Part shown: piece by piece, positions 1 through 10,440 of the stretch
Position numbering within the stretch: the first letter of the stretch is position 1
Layout: each line of letters begins with the position of its first letter
NCBI GenBank assembly: GCA_026770705.1
Contig: JANJGN010000010.1
Location: forward strand, 41,664,001 to 41,728,000
Source: Isurus oxyrinchus
Taxonomy: Eukaryota
Length of the DNA: 64,000 nt
Reading direction: 5' to 3'
Notes under the pieces: generated by a model
What the model was told of the DNA's origin: nothing
What the model saw: the letters and a program-made list of their open reading frames with translations, nothing else
Database searches by the model: none
Program-made: the position numbers and the translations under genes

Positions 1-111
1 ATTGTAATTTAGATGGAGGGTTCAGCTCAGTTGTTGAAGACTTGACACCCGATGTGTTATTCAGATTTGATTTTCCTCTATCAGTCTTGAGATGGACTTC
101 TGGTTTAAACA
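1..111 (-). other. Candidate exon running off the window (unidentified gene)
   Basis: Minus-strand polypyrimidine tract and AG (cttttccctttatctcttcatcctttgacag) ending at 112. One frame stays open to the window edge (FKPEVHLKTDRGKSNLNNTSGVKSSTTELNPPSKLQ). No homology recognised. Confidence 0.2.
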
Positions 112-1649
112 CTGTCAAAGGATGAAGAGATAAAGGGAAAAGCTTATTATCAACCAAATTCCCATTACCTCGATTCTAATCTCACTGTTGCCTAATTTAT
201 AAAACACAGCCCACAAAAAACCTACAGCCAGATCATTCTTGTAGTTCTGACGATTCTTGCATTCCAGAGCATATCTGTAGCCCAGATCATTCCCTGTTCC
301 CATGTAGAGAAGAATGTGTGATAGTGAGTGACCTATGATGAAGGGAAAATGTGAAGAGAAAAACCTTAAAATGTCAAGGACGGGAAAAATTTAGGAAAAC
401 TCAAAATTTGTTTGTATTCAAAATATAATGAAGGAATATATAAAGTGAGAATTTTATAGATAAATGAATTTAAAAATGTCTATAATTTTGACAGGTAAGA
501 ACTGAAGACGGTCATGGGGAGAAGGATTTAAGAGAAAACAAAAGAAATATTAATTTATTTTGATTTGAAACAGAAATATTTGCCTAGTGCTTCATCTCCT
601 GCTGGCAGTAGGGGTGCGGGGAGGGGTGGCTGGTGGTGGGGGGGGGAGGTGGGTTTGTGGGGGTTGAGGCTGAGATGAGTGAAAGCTGCCAGGTTGCAGG
701 CACCACAGTATGGAATAAATTCAGCAGCCGAATTTACTGAAAAGTCAAAAATCTGTGCTGTATTAGTGGAACGCGCAGAAGCTGTGTTAATTGCTAGCTT
801 GTATTCCATATGGTTCTATTTTAACAGAGCACATTCAGTGCAGATGGTCGGAAAGTGAGTTGGACAGCTTCTAAACTGCCTCTGACTGATTCATACTGTG
901 AATTTACTAAACTTTAATGTTTAACTGTTCTGTTTGTTACATTCTTTTATGTGCAGTTCTTTTTAGCCCTGAAGTAGGAGCACAGTGCTCTCTAGTTAGC
1001 CTCTTTTGTTTAAACTTGAACTCAATGAAAAGCAAATATTATGATATATACGATCATCCTTCTTCTCTCTTCTAATTTTTCTTTCTCCTGTTCACCACCT
1101 TCCCCCTCTTCTCCACCCCACCCCCCACAAACACATACACAAAATACAGATTCAAATCACACCCTTAATCTGAAAGAAAAAGAAAGAGGGGACCTGGCTC
1201 TTTAAACAGCATTTCAAAGTAATCTTTGTCTTCATAGAGCTTCTGTGAGCTTGTTTAGTTGCGGTAATGAAGCCTAGCCAGGAACACTCAAAGGAACTGA
1301 AGAGCAGTGCATAAACAGTTCAGGCTGGTATTGTTCACGCTTCAATACCTTCACCTCTTCATTTGTGCACCCCAAATAGAATCCATCCAGAACCACTGGA
1401 ATATTTAGAAACAAAATCCTGGACCCATAGAAAGCCAGAACCCATTGCACAGTTTTACTGGAATTATCAATATGATTGATCCTGCAGGTAATGCGCCTTG
1501 CCACAGTTTAGACCACAACGAGGAGAGAATGGCACCTCCAGAGAATTACAAAATTGTTGCCAACTAGTCAGGTCAATTTGCCTAAAGAGAGTCACCACTC
1601 AGCTGCCAGCAATATTAGCTATTTTGTTCTGTAAAGCAAAGACCATTTT

Positions 1650-2110
1650 TCCCCAGTTTTACTGCCTCCTGTCCTGAAGGCAGGAATTCATGGTGGGGGA
1701 TGGTTTCACAGGTGCTGGTGGCTCTCCAATCTCTCACCCAAGTACCCTCTCTTCTAAGTTTCAACAGTGAAGGGATCATTTTCACTGTTGCCACCTATGC
1801 AGTATCAGGCTGAAAAAAATCACACATCCATTATAGAACCCGCCCAGCATATTACCAGGCAGACAGCAAAGTTAAAAATAACCCCCGTGAGTGTCAATCC
1901 ATTATTTCATTGGAAGTCACCACACCCAAGTCTGATCCTGTCCTCACCCAAAATCCATGTGTCCATTCTTTCCAGCTCAGGTTTTTGGATGCCAGGGGCA
2001 GAAACCTGGTGAATGGCAATTTGCATTTCTCAAGCGCAGAGGTACTGAAGCCAATTATTGTGAGCAACTAACTTGAAACCGATCAGTGAACTAACTTTGG
2101 GACCTTGTTT
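1650..2110 (-). mobile_element. Old SINE-like interspersed repeat, decayed
   Basis: The motif gatcctgtcct(c/t)acc, with upstream ctgaagg, recurs near 9350-9560 and more loosely near 14130-14420, 38660-38960 and 59390-59790. Family not named. Confidence 0.4.
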
Positions 2111-2229
2111 GGGTCCCAGTTCACGCTGATTTAGTGCGCTGAAGTCTGGGAGATCATTGATCAATATTTCGTTGCTGGGTTGATGGCTTTAGTCCTGATT
2201 TTTTTTACTGAAGGCTGACATCTTCCACT

Positions 2230-3220
2230 TCAGATGGCAAGCTGGACTGCCTACTAATCATCCATAACCACTTAAAGAAGATTGCTACAAGACGAAGACA
2301 GTTGTCAAACTGATCCAGAAAGTTGCAAGCACAAACTGGGGAGCATCAGTAGTGCATCAACTCCAACGTTCCCCAGAGCTGCTTGTGCGCCTGACTGTGC
2401 AGCAACCAGGAAGGGACTGAACAGTTCTTGTTCCCCACTGCATAAAGAAGTTTAATGGTACCATGCATTGAAAAACAGGCCAGACACAACAACAAAATTT
2501 TAGAGAGAGCAATGACCAGCGCTTCAGCATAGACCCTTGTGTATTCCATAGTTGAGTACTGTGCATCAGTATGGGCCAGAAGTAGCCACATTTAACTTTT
2601 TGGTTTCCAACTGCAACTGTATCACTGGCACCCTTAAGTCAATATCAATATCTGGTTTGCCCATGCTGTTGCATGTTACTCCTCTATCTGTTCACCGAAA
2701 TGCTGCAATCCTCTGGGAAGTTCCATCGAGGAAAGTAAATTGAGGAAAACCAATAGCTCCCCATCCACCTTGTCCTCGACAACATCCCTCAACATTACTT
2801 GAAGATGCGAAAACCACTTTTGGACCCCCACACTTCAACAACGCAACTTCAATCTTGATGAAGCTTGGAAAGCAGAATGGAGTTCACAAGAAGTCACAAA
2901 CAAACACCTCATGAAAGACCCAATGCAGAAGATCCCTGGCTTCAATCTTGTGTGAAGTTCATGGCCAACCCTGAACCACATCTGTACAAACCATGGCAGA
3001 TGTGGATGTTTGATGCTCAAATGAAAAAGTAATAAGTCTCCAATGTGTAAATCTGGTTATGCAGGACAGACTTCAAAAGTATAAAGACCCAATGCTTGAT
3101 TCACAATTATGATGGAGGCACCACAGCAATACACTCCTGATGGCAATTCTCTGGCATAACCACCCAAATGTAAAATTCTAGTTGTTTCTCTACATGTACC
3201 TCAGCTATAAGAAAGAAAGC
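2230..3220 (+). mobile_element. Decayed Vingi/Ingi-like (I-group) non-LTR retrotransposon, 3' part
   Basis: Manual translation across stops and frameshifts gives KVASTNWGAS...LVYSIVEYCASVWARSSH...CITGTLKS...KIPGFNL..W.TLNHICTNHGRCG...SPMCKSG...QT, matching the post-RT and C-terminal region of Vingi/Ingi elements. Ends in an aagaaagaaag tail. Confidence 0.6.
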
Positions 3221-3966
3221 ATTTCATGCTGGATGGTGCAATTAGGCATTCAGCTTTGAGAGTAGGAAGTAACACCCTTTTCTAGGCCACCCACTAGCTC
3301 AGATTGGCCAACTTCAAATTACAGGATTGCCTTCATTATGAAGGACCCCATATAGAAGCAAACAGTTTTGTCAGATGAGCATGAGGGAAGCTCGACACAC
3401 TCCACCTGGATTGTGTCCTCTGCTGTTTAGCTAGACAGAAGTTTTTCTGAGTTCATTGAAGAATAACACAATAACAGCATTAAAATCATGGTATATAGAT
3501 AGCATGGAAGATGTTCCAAAAATATAGCAAGAAAACTGCAAAATCTCCAGTTGTGTTGTCCTCCATGAGAGTTGAGAGAACCCTCCAATTCCTTGGCAAT
3601 TCAACATTGCAATAGAAATCATTTGCTGGGGTAAGGGAACATATGTAATTGTCTTCATTTTCACAAGAGTGTAAAGAGTACTGATTGGGCTAGAGGAGCA
3701 GGAGAGACCAATCTATGCCTCAGTTGAAGCATATATATAACATAATCACAGTGAACTCCATGCAGATATTTTTGTTAAACTTTGGATTATGCCTATTGGT
3801 GGCTGCACACATCAGGAATAAATGACCACTGTTTCATTGTTTTATGTTTTCAGTAGAGGGAAATTAAGTAGAAGATACAATTTGCAGTCTTGTAGAAAAA
3901 GATGGCAGTTAGCAATTGTCCCTAGAAAAACTCAGCAGGTCTGGCAGCATCGGCGGAGAAGAAAAG

Positions 3967-4005
3967 AGTTGACGTTTCGAGTCCTCATGACCCTTCGACA
4001 GAACT
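3967..4005 (-). ncRNA. Minimal hammerhead-ribozyme-like motif (left arm copy)
   Basis: Exact reverse complement of 5323-5361. Confidence 0.5.
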
Positions 4006-4388
4006 TGAGTTTGAGTCCAAGAAAGAGTTGAAATATAAGCTGGTTTAAGGTGTGTGTGTGGGGGGTGGAGAGATAGAGAGAGAGAGAGGTGGCGGTGGGG
4101 TGTGGTTGTATGGACAAACAAGCAGTGATAGAAGCAGATCATCAAAAGATGTCAACGACAATAGTACAATAGAACACATAGGTGTTAAAGTTAAAGTTGG
4201 TGATATTATCTAAACGAATGTGCTAATTAAGAATGGATGGTAGGGCACTCAAGGTATAGCTCTAGTGGGGGTGTTTTTTTAAAAATTTTTTTTATAATGG
4301 AAATAGGTGGGAAAAGGAAAATCTTTATAATTTATTGGAAAAAAAAGGAAGGGGGAAACAGAAAGAGGGTGGGGATGGGGGAGGGAGC

Positions 4389-4658
4389 TCACGACCTAAA
4401 GTTGTTGAATTCAATATTCAGTCCGGAAGGCTGTAAGGTGCCTAGTCGGAAGATGAGTTGTTGTTCCTCCAGTTTGCGTTGGGCTTCACTGGAACAATGC
4501 AGCAAGCCAAGGACAGACATGTGGGCAAGAGAGCAGGGTGGAGTGTTAAAATGGCAAGCGACAGGGAGGTTTGGGTCATTCTTGCGGACAGACCGCAGGT
4601 GTTCTGCAAAGCGGTCGCCCAGTTTACGTTGGTCTCTCCAATGTAGAGGAGACCACAT
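4389..4658 (-). pseudogene. GIY-YIG endonuclease C-terminal fragment of the Penelope-like ORF (left arm)
   Basis: ORF track gives RKLGDRFAEHLRSVRKNDPNLPVACHFN...GLNIEFNNFRS*. The YIGET motif lies one frameshift upstream. Confidence 0.8.
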
Positions 4659-4668
4659 TGGGAGCTAA

Positions 4669-4938
4669 TGTGGTCTCCTCTACATTAGAGAGACCAAACG
4701 TAAACTGGGCGACCGCTCTGCAGAACACCTGCGGTCTGTCCGCAAGAATGACCCAAACCTCCCTGTCGCTTGCCATTTTAACACTCCACCCTGCTCTCTT
4801 GCCCACATGTCTGTCCTTGGCTTGCTGCATTGTTCCAGTGAAGCCCAACGCAAACTGGAGGAACAACAACTCATCTTCCGACTAGGCACCTTACAGCCTT
4901 CCGGACTGAATATTGAATTCAACAACTTTAGGTCGTGA
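4669..4938 (+). pseudogene. GIY-YIG endonuclease C-terminal fragment of the Penelope-like ORF (right arm)
   Basis: tgtggtctcctctacattagagagaccaaacgtaaactg... reads CGLLYIRETKRKLGDRSAEHLRSV...GLNIEFNNFRS*. It is 5'-truncated at the palindrome centre. Confidence 0.8.
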
Positions 4939-5322
4939 GCTCCCTCCCCCATCCCCACCCCCTTTCTGTTTCCCCCTTCCTTTTTTTTCCAATAAATTAT
5001 AAAGATTTTCCTTTTCCCACCTATTTCCATTATAAAAAAAATTTAAAAAAAAAACACCCCCACTAGAGCTATACCTTGAGTGCCCTACCATACATTCTTA
5101 ATTAGCACATTCGTTTAGATAATATCACCAACTTTAACTTTAACACATATGTATTCTATTGTACTATTGTCGTTGACATCTTTTGATGATCTGCTTCTAT
5201 CACTGCTTGTTTGTCCATACAACCACACCCCACCGCCACCTCTCTCTCTCTCTATCTCTCCGCCCCCCACACACACACCTTAAACCAGCTTATATTTCAA
5301 CTCTTTCTTGGACTCAAACTCA

Positions 5323-5361
5323 AGTTCTGTCGAAGGGTCATGAGGACTCGAAACGTCAACT
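5323..5361 (+). ncRNA. Minimal type I hammerhead-ribozyme-like motif in the Penelope tail, variant core
   Basis: agtt-CTGTCGA-a-gggtc-atgag-gactc-GAAA-c-GTC-aact. Stem I is agtt/aact, stem II is gggtc/gactc, and the GAAA and GUC site are present. The core reads CUGUCGA instead of CUGANGA. Confidence 0.5.
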
Positions 5362-6024
5362 CTTTTCTTCTCCGCCGATGCTGCCAGACCTGCTGAGTTT
5401 TTCCAGGTAATTCTGTTTTTGTTTTGGATTTCCAGCATCTGCAGTTTTTTTGTTTTTATAGCAATTGTCCCTACCTTGATTCCAAGTATTGGGTGTTGAT
5501 GTTTTAATATCTGCTTTCAAGGAGTCAGATGCAGGAGAGATGAACAGGAAAGATAATGCTTTATTCATACAGTTGCAGAATTGAATGTGCTGGAGTGTCT
5601 CACAAGAAAGGGTCAGGACTTTAGTTGTATTACTGAATTAATGCATTTCTCTCTCTTGCACATGCAATGTCAGGTACTAGCTTGTACTAGGTCTAAGAGC
5701 AAACAAGCCTTCAGCCAGTCTGTTGTCCACTTCCCACATCCTAGTCACATAGAAATGGGAAAAGTTGACTAATTTTCTTTCGTTCTGCCAGCATTGTACC
5801 AAAAAAGCTAGAGTGAATGTGGCATCATTCCGACTTATGTAATGTATAGTCACTTCCACACGTGTGGAATATTTTCCCTGATCTCTTGCAGCTTTGCCAG
5901 AACTTCTGCATTTTGCAGTGGAACATTTTATCTTAGAACAAATGATTACCTTTAGCTGCATTCCCTTCCTCTATGCCGTCCTGCATGTCTCTCACCTATC
6001 TTCATCTTCTAGTTGTGCAACAAC

Positions 6025-6580
6025 CTCAAAATCTTGCTGGAGACTCTGGGCGGAACCCGCCACATTAACTATGCATTCCTGGGAAACACGCCGCTTTGAT
6101 GGCGGGCAGGCTCAGACCACAGGTGAGTATTGGTGGGAGGGGGATTGCGAGGTGGGGTTTGTGAGGGAGGGTGTTCTTCAGCAATAGGAGGGATTTGACT
6201 CTCAGCAGGCCACCCCGCACCCCCTAAACCTACCCACCTTCTGCTGCCAGGTTTCTCAATCAGGCATTGAGTGCCTTTGATTGACCCCCACCCCACATGC
6301 CTGCAAGCAATCCCAACAAGGGATTGCTTTTCGGGCTTCCCACGTGGCGACACCCCTGTTCAGGTGAATACCAGTGGCAGTGGGGTGAGGCTCTTTAGTG
6401 AGAATTATGCCCATTTAAGGACCTCAATTGACAGCTGGGTGGGAAGTCTGCTCACGAGCCTTCCCACCATGGACTTACTCGGGGCAGAGGGAGGAAGGTG
6501 GCGGGGTTCCCACCCCACACGCTCAATTAAATATCCCCCAGTATCAAACTTGCCATGGAGGAGGGCTTTAAATTCTGACC
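6025..6580. mobile_element. GC-rich MITE-like DNA transposon relic related to the Harbinger-like elements
   Basis: Shares atgcattcc(t/c)(g/a)ggaaacac with the elements near 17377 and 49356. Ends not resolved. Confidence 0.4.
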
Positions 6581-6644
6581 CATTTTTGAGCTCTAAGGGC
6601 ATTCACAATACCCAATGAATGGAGACACAGTTTCAATTTCTTGC

Positions 6645-7115
6645 CCTTCAGGTTTAGGTCTCATTCTGAGACTTGTGTGCATAATCTAAGCTCATATTTC
6701 AGAGCAGTATTGGCGAAGTGCTGTATTGTCAGATGTCCTATCTTTTGACGGCAATGTCAAACTGAGGCTTTCTCTGCCTGTTTAGATGAATATAAAAGAT
6801 CATTTTGGTGCTATAAAGAAGGGCATGCGAGGTGTCCCAGTCAACATTTACCCCTGAACAAAAACCCCCAACCAGATGAACTGGTCATTATTCATTGCTT
6901 TTTGGTTTCTCTGCGTTTTTGCTTAACAAAGTGACTGCAAGAGCAATCAATTTTCTGTGAACATTTGGGACGGCCTGAAGATATAGGAATCAGCCTGTTC
7001 AATCACGTGAAGATCCATGGCAGAAATGTGTGACCTTGAATTGACGTCGCCCTTGAATCGACGGACAGCTGCCAATGATGATGTCCTGAGGATATGAAAG
7101 CCACTATATAAATTT
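6645..7115 (+). mobile_element. SacSINE1-like Deu-domain SINE, interrupted near its tail
   Basis: Aligns by eye with the copy at 41190-41635 (gtgctg.a.tgtcaga, aaagatc, tttgg...atataaat tail). Confidence 0.65.
6985..7084 (+). mobile_element. 5'-truncated RTE-clade LINE 3' end inserted in the SINE
   Basis: Encodes GISLFNHVKIH...* (RTE C-terminal histidine motif) and ends in (gat)n. Flanked by cctgaagatat (6974-6984) and cctgaggatat (7085-7095). Confidence 0.55.
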
Positions 7116-7143
7116 TCTTTCTTCAGAACATGGACAAAACATA

Positions 7144-7781
7144 GGGCAGGATATTGAGTTCAGCGAGCAGGGGCGGGGCCTGCTCGCCGACACGTAAAAT
7201 GACATGGGATGACGTCAGGCACGTCATTTCAATTTTCAGGTCGGCAGGGGCACAGCCGAATCAGCTCTGCACCCGCTGACCTGTCAACGGCTAATTGAGG
7301 CCACTTAAGATCTAATTGAAGTAGGTAAAGGACCTGCCCGTCCAACCTTAAGGTTGGCTGGCAGGCTGAGAGGGCTGGCAGGCTTCAGAAAAAGCATGAA
7401 ATCTCATCCATGTGCGGGATGAGGTTTCATGTAGGTTTTTAAAAATTTAATAGTAGTTTAATTAAAAGTGATGGACATGTCCCAACTCATGTGACGGTGT
7501 CACATTTTTGAATTTGGCACCAATCTCCCTGAGGCAGCACTTAGCCTCAGGGAGGTGAGTGCACTCTTTCGCATGCATGCGTGAAAAAGTGCACTCTTGG
7601 CTTACGGAATCCCCTTCCCCCTGCCCAAACAGGGAGCGCATAGCGCTTTCTGGCGGACGTCATGCTGGGCAAGCCTTAATTGGCCGGCCCACATAAAATG
7701 GTGGCGCATCCCAGTTGGGGGCGCCGATCGGAGGCATGCCCGCTCCTGAACTTCCTCCCCAACGGGGTGAAAATTCTTCCC
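7144..7781 (+). mobile_element. PIF/Harbinger-type MITE (family A)
   Basis: Termini gggcaggatatt...aaaattcttccc with ata/tta flanks. Internally similar to 42780-43435, 51994-52664 and 57220-57869. Confidence 0.75.
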
Positions 7782-9056
7782 TTAGGAAAAACAACTTTCC
7801 ATACATTAGCTGCTTTATGTGGATGCTCACTATTTGGAACACTGTTCAGATATTTTAACTACATTTTACACTTACTTACATTTCTTGGGCTTTACTAACC
7901 GAGTGCACAAAACAGGTACAAAGGCTCTGAGAACTACAAATGCATGTATGTTGCATTATTATTCATTATGTATATGGGAGTTGAATAGACTCAAAGCTTC
8001 ATCACAGCGCAACGTGAGGAACTGATAGCTATGCAAGGAATAGCTGCAGTGCTATTGGTACTAAAGTAGTACATTATTAGCCACATGGAAAAAATGCCTA
8101 AGGAATTGAATTAAAAAGATAGAGTTACCATGGTTAACAAAATGTATTGGGACCAAAGGGCCAAACAGTCTATTCCTGTTGCTATGTTTCTACATTTGAT
8201 GATATTGGAAAATTCCCATTTGGAGGCTATGTTGAGGCTCTTTTAAATATTGTGACGTTGTTAATAAAGTACCTACCTGCAGACTGACTGATCACATGCA
8301 GTGTTGAAGGAGCCAGCATAACCATTTGAATTAGGTTCTCCCAGTGTGCTCTACAGGGGAAGATGAAAATTGCTCCCATTTCTTCACAAGACTTAGCAGA
8401 GCCAATCATGAGAAAAAATGGAGTGAGGGCGAAGTCATCAACCTTTAGTGAGAAGGGCAAAGGTACTGTTCCTCAGTGTCGAAGCTCTTCAATACTCCAG
8501 TTCCAGAGAGTACCTGTAAGGTGTGACAGAGCTAGCTGAGAGCTCCAGCAATCCTCATCTGTTTAAAAACATACAGCAGATTACTCAGATTGTGAAATTA
8601 CTTGAAACTGCTCAGCTTGACTTTTAGATTGTAGCACATGTGGCAAAAACCACACAGTATGAACGCCTCTATCTTTTGTTTGGTGATAGCTAAGTAAAGG
8701 GGAGATATGGTTCAGTGAATTTGCTCTTTTTATAAAGTCATTTTTCCTGTTATTTTTACACAATGTCACCGAAGTACACTCTGCTATCTACATTGGACAT
8801 CTGTTGTCTGACTTTTGTCTTTTTTTACCTGATTATGTGAAAGGTTTTGTTTTAAGTCATCTGGGTCTTTAAACAAGTCAGTTTAGCATTGTGCGATCTG
8901 AGAGGTGTGGAAGGCCTGTTTTTTTTTCCCCAGGCCTCTCTCTGTTTCTCATTTTTCTTTGCACTATTTAGCTAAATAGTTAAAGTGTCATTTTGAAAAG
9001 TAACTAGTTAGACAGCTTGAGCTTGTTTAAAAAAAAAACACACTCGCTTTTCGCAG

Positions 9057-9260
9057 CTCGTCAAGCATCCCTCTCTCTACACTGTAGGGGATGCCCTTCA
9101 ATGTAGAACCTACCAAGAATTCAAACTTCTCATCAGCCAGGCTGGGACAATGAAAAACGATCTGGAAATCTAATTCTTCTGAAGCGTAGAAAACACCTTT
9201 ACACTTCTTCACTTTATGCGATGCTGCTGATACAACTCTGGAGAATTCAGTAGATTGTTG
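9057..9260 (+). other. Candidate non-coding exon
   Basis: Acceptor cactcgcttttcgcag and consensus donor TTG/gtaagt. All three frames contain stops. Confidence 0.25.
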
Positions 9261-9719
9261 GTAAGTGTGCAATGTGTTCACCACAGACTTAGCAGACCCA
9301 TTGGTCATTGTCAGCCAAGGGGTTTCCTAAGAGTTGATTCAGTTTGTTTGTTTTCCACTTTTCATTTCTGAAGGCACTGACTGACTTTTGCTGAGTAACA
9401 GGGGCAGCAGCTGCCCAGGTGGGCATTCTTCATGTGTGAAGTATGTTTAACAAGATTTTTGACCATTAAGGACATCATAGTCAAACTTGATCCTGTCCTT
9501 ACCGAATGTCTGGTTTGATGCATTTCCCAAAACAGATAATTGATTAGCAATCAGGACTGGGAGGGCTGGTTGATTTTATGTCGTCCTAGCACTTTAAAAA
9601 TATTTAACTAATATATATATATATTGTAAGTGTTGCAGAAGAGGAAGGAGTGAAACTGATATGTACTGTAAATGTTACTAGAGGACAGTTGCTAATGTAT
9701 ATTGTAAGTGTTACTAAAG

Positions 9720-10142
9720 AAGGACTTACATTTATGTAGCACCTTTCACAACCAAAGTCAATGCCCAAAGTGCTTTACAGCCAATGAAGTACTTTTTGAA
9801 GTGTAGTTACTCATGTAATGTAGGGATTGCAGCAGACAATTTGCACACAGCAAACTCTCACAAACAGCTATGTGATAATGATCAGATAATCTATTTTTCT
9901 GAAGTTGATTGAGGGATAAATATTGATCAGGATGGCAGGGTTAGTTCCCCTGCTCTCCTTTGAAATAGTGCCATGGGATCCTTGATGACCAACAGAAAGG
10001 ACCTCAGTTTAGGGCTCCAACAGTGCAGCACTCCCTTAGTACTGCACTGGAGTGGGAGCCTCAATTTTGGTGCTCAAGTCATGGATTGGGACGGAAACAC
10101 ACAACAGAGGCAAGAGTGCTACCAACTAAACTACAGCTGATT
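9720..10142 (-). mobile_element. SacSINE1-like Deu-domain SINE
   Basis: Reverse complement matches the 41190-41635 copy: tRNA-like head at the right, atagtgccatgggatc Deu core, acatttatgtagcacctttcac tail. Confidence 0.75.
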
Positions 10143-10412
10143 CAATAGGAGGGGGCTGTTCTCATGCATCTCAGCCTTGCTCAATTATCCCCATTCAGCA
10201 TTGTTTGTGAAAGTATACTAACCATGGGGATAACTTAAACCTAACCTGTCTAGCAGGAGACTGACCGGATTGAAGCAGCCACGTGTTTCAGAACACACCC
10301 AATTTTACTTTCCATCATGGCAGGTTAGGTTAAAATTTACCTTGTGATTTTGGTAGGTGCTGCAGTAAGTGTTCTAAGTTCTTATTCATACTCCACTATC
10401 TTTACCTCCCAG

Positions 10413-10440
10413 GATTTGGTAGAACTTCTTCAACAGAAAA
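10413..10440 (+). other. Candidate 28-nt micro-exon
   Basis: ctccactatctttacctcccag / GATTTGGTAGAACTTCTTCAACAGAAAA / gtatgg. Confidence 0.2.

Larger units (their letters stand above)
3925..5458. mobile_element. Penelope-like element insertion forming an inverted repeat (two GIY-YIG 3' end/tail arms joined at their 5' ends)
   Basis: 3925-4659 is the near-exact reverse complement of 4667-~5402, with spacer gggagct at 4660-4666. The arms encode CGLLYI(G/R)ET.RKLGDR.AEHLRSV...CHFN...RKLEEQQLIFRLGTLQPSGLNIEF. Direct repeat tagcaattgtcccta at 3910-3924 and 5459-5473 is the TSD. Confidence 0.9.

Noticed and set aside
4237-5091. Several overlapping ORFs of 60-143 aa on both strands
   Set aside because: These are antisense or off-frame readings of the Penelope palindrome. 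Only the GIY-YIG frame is meaningful.
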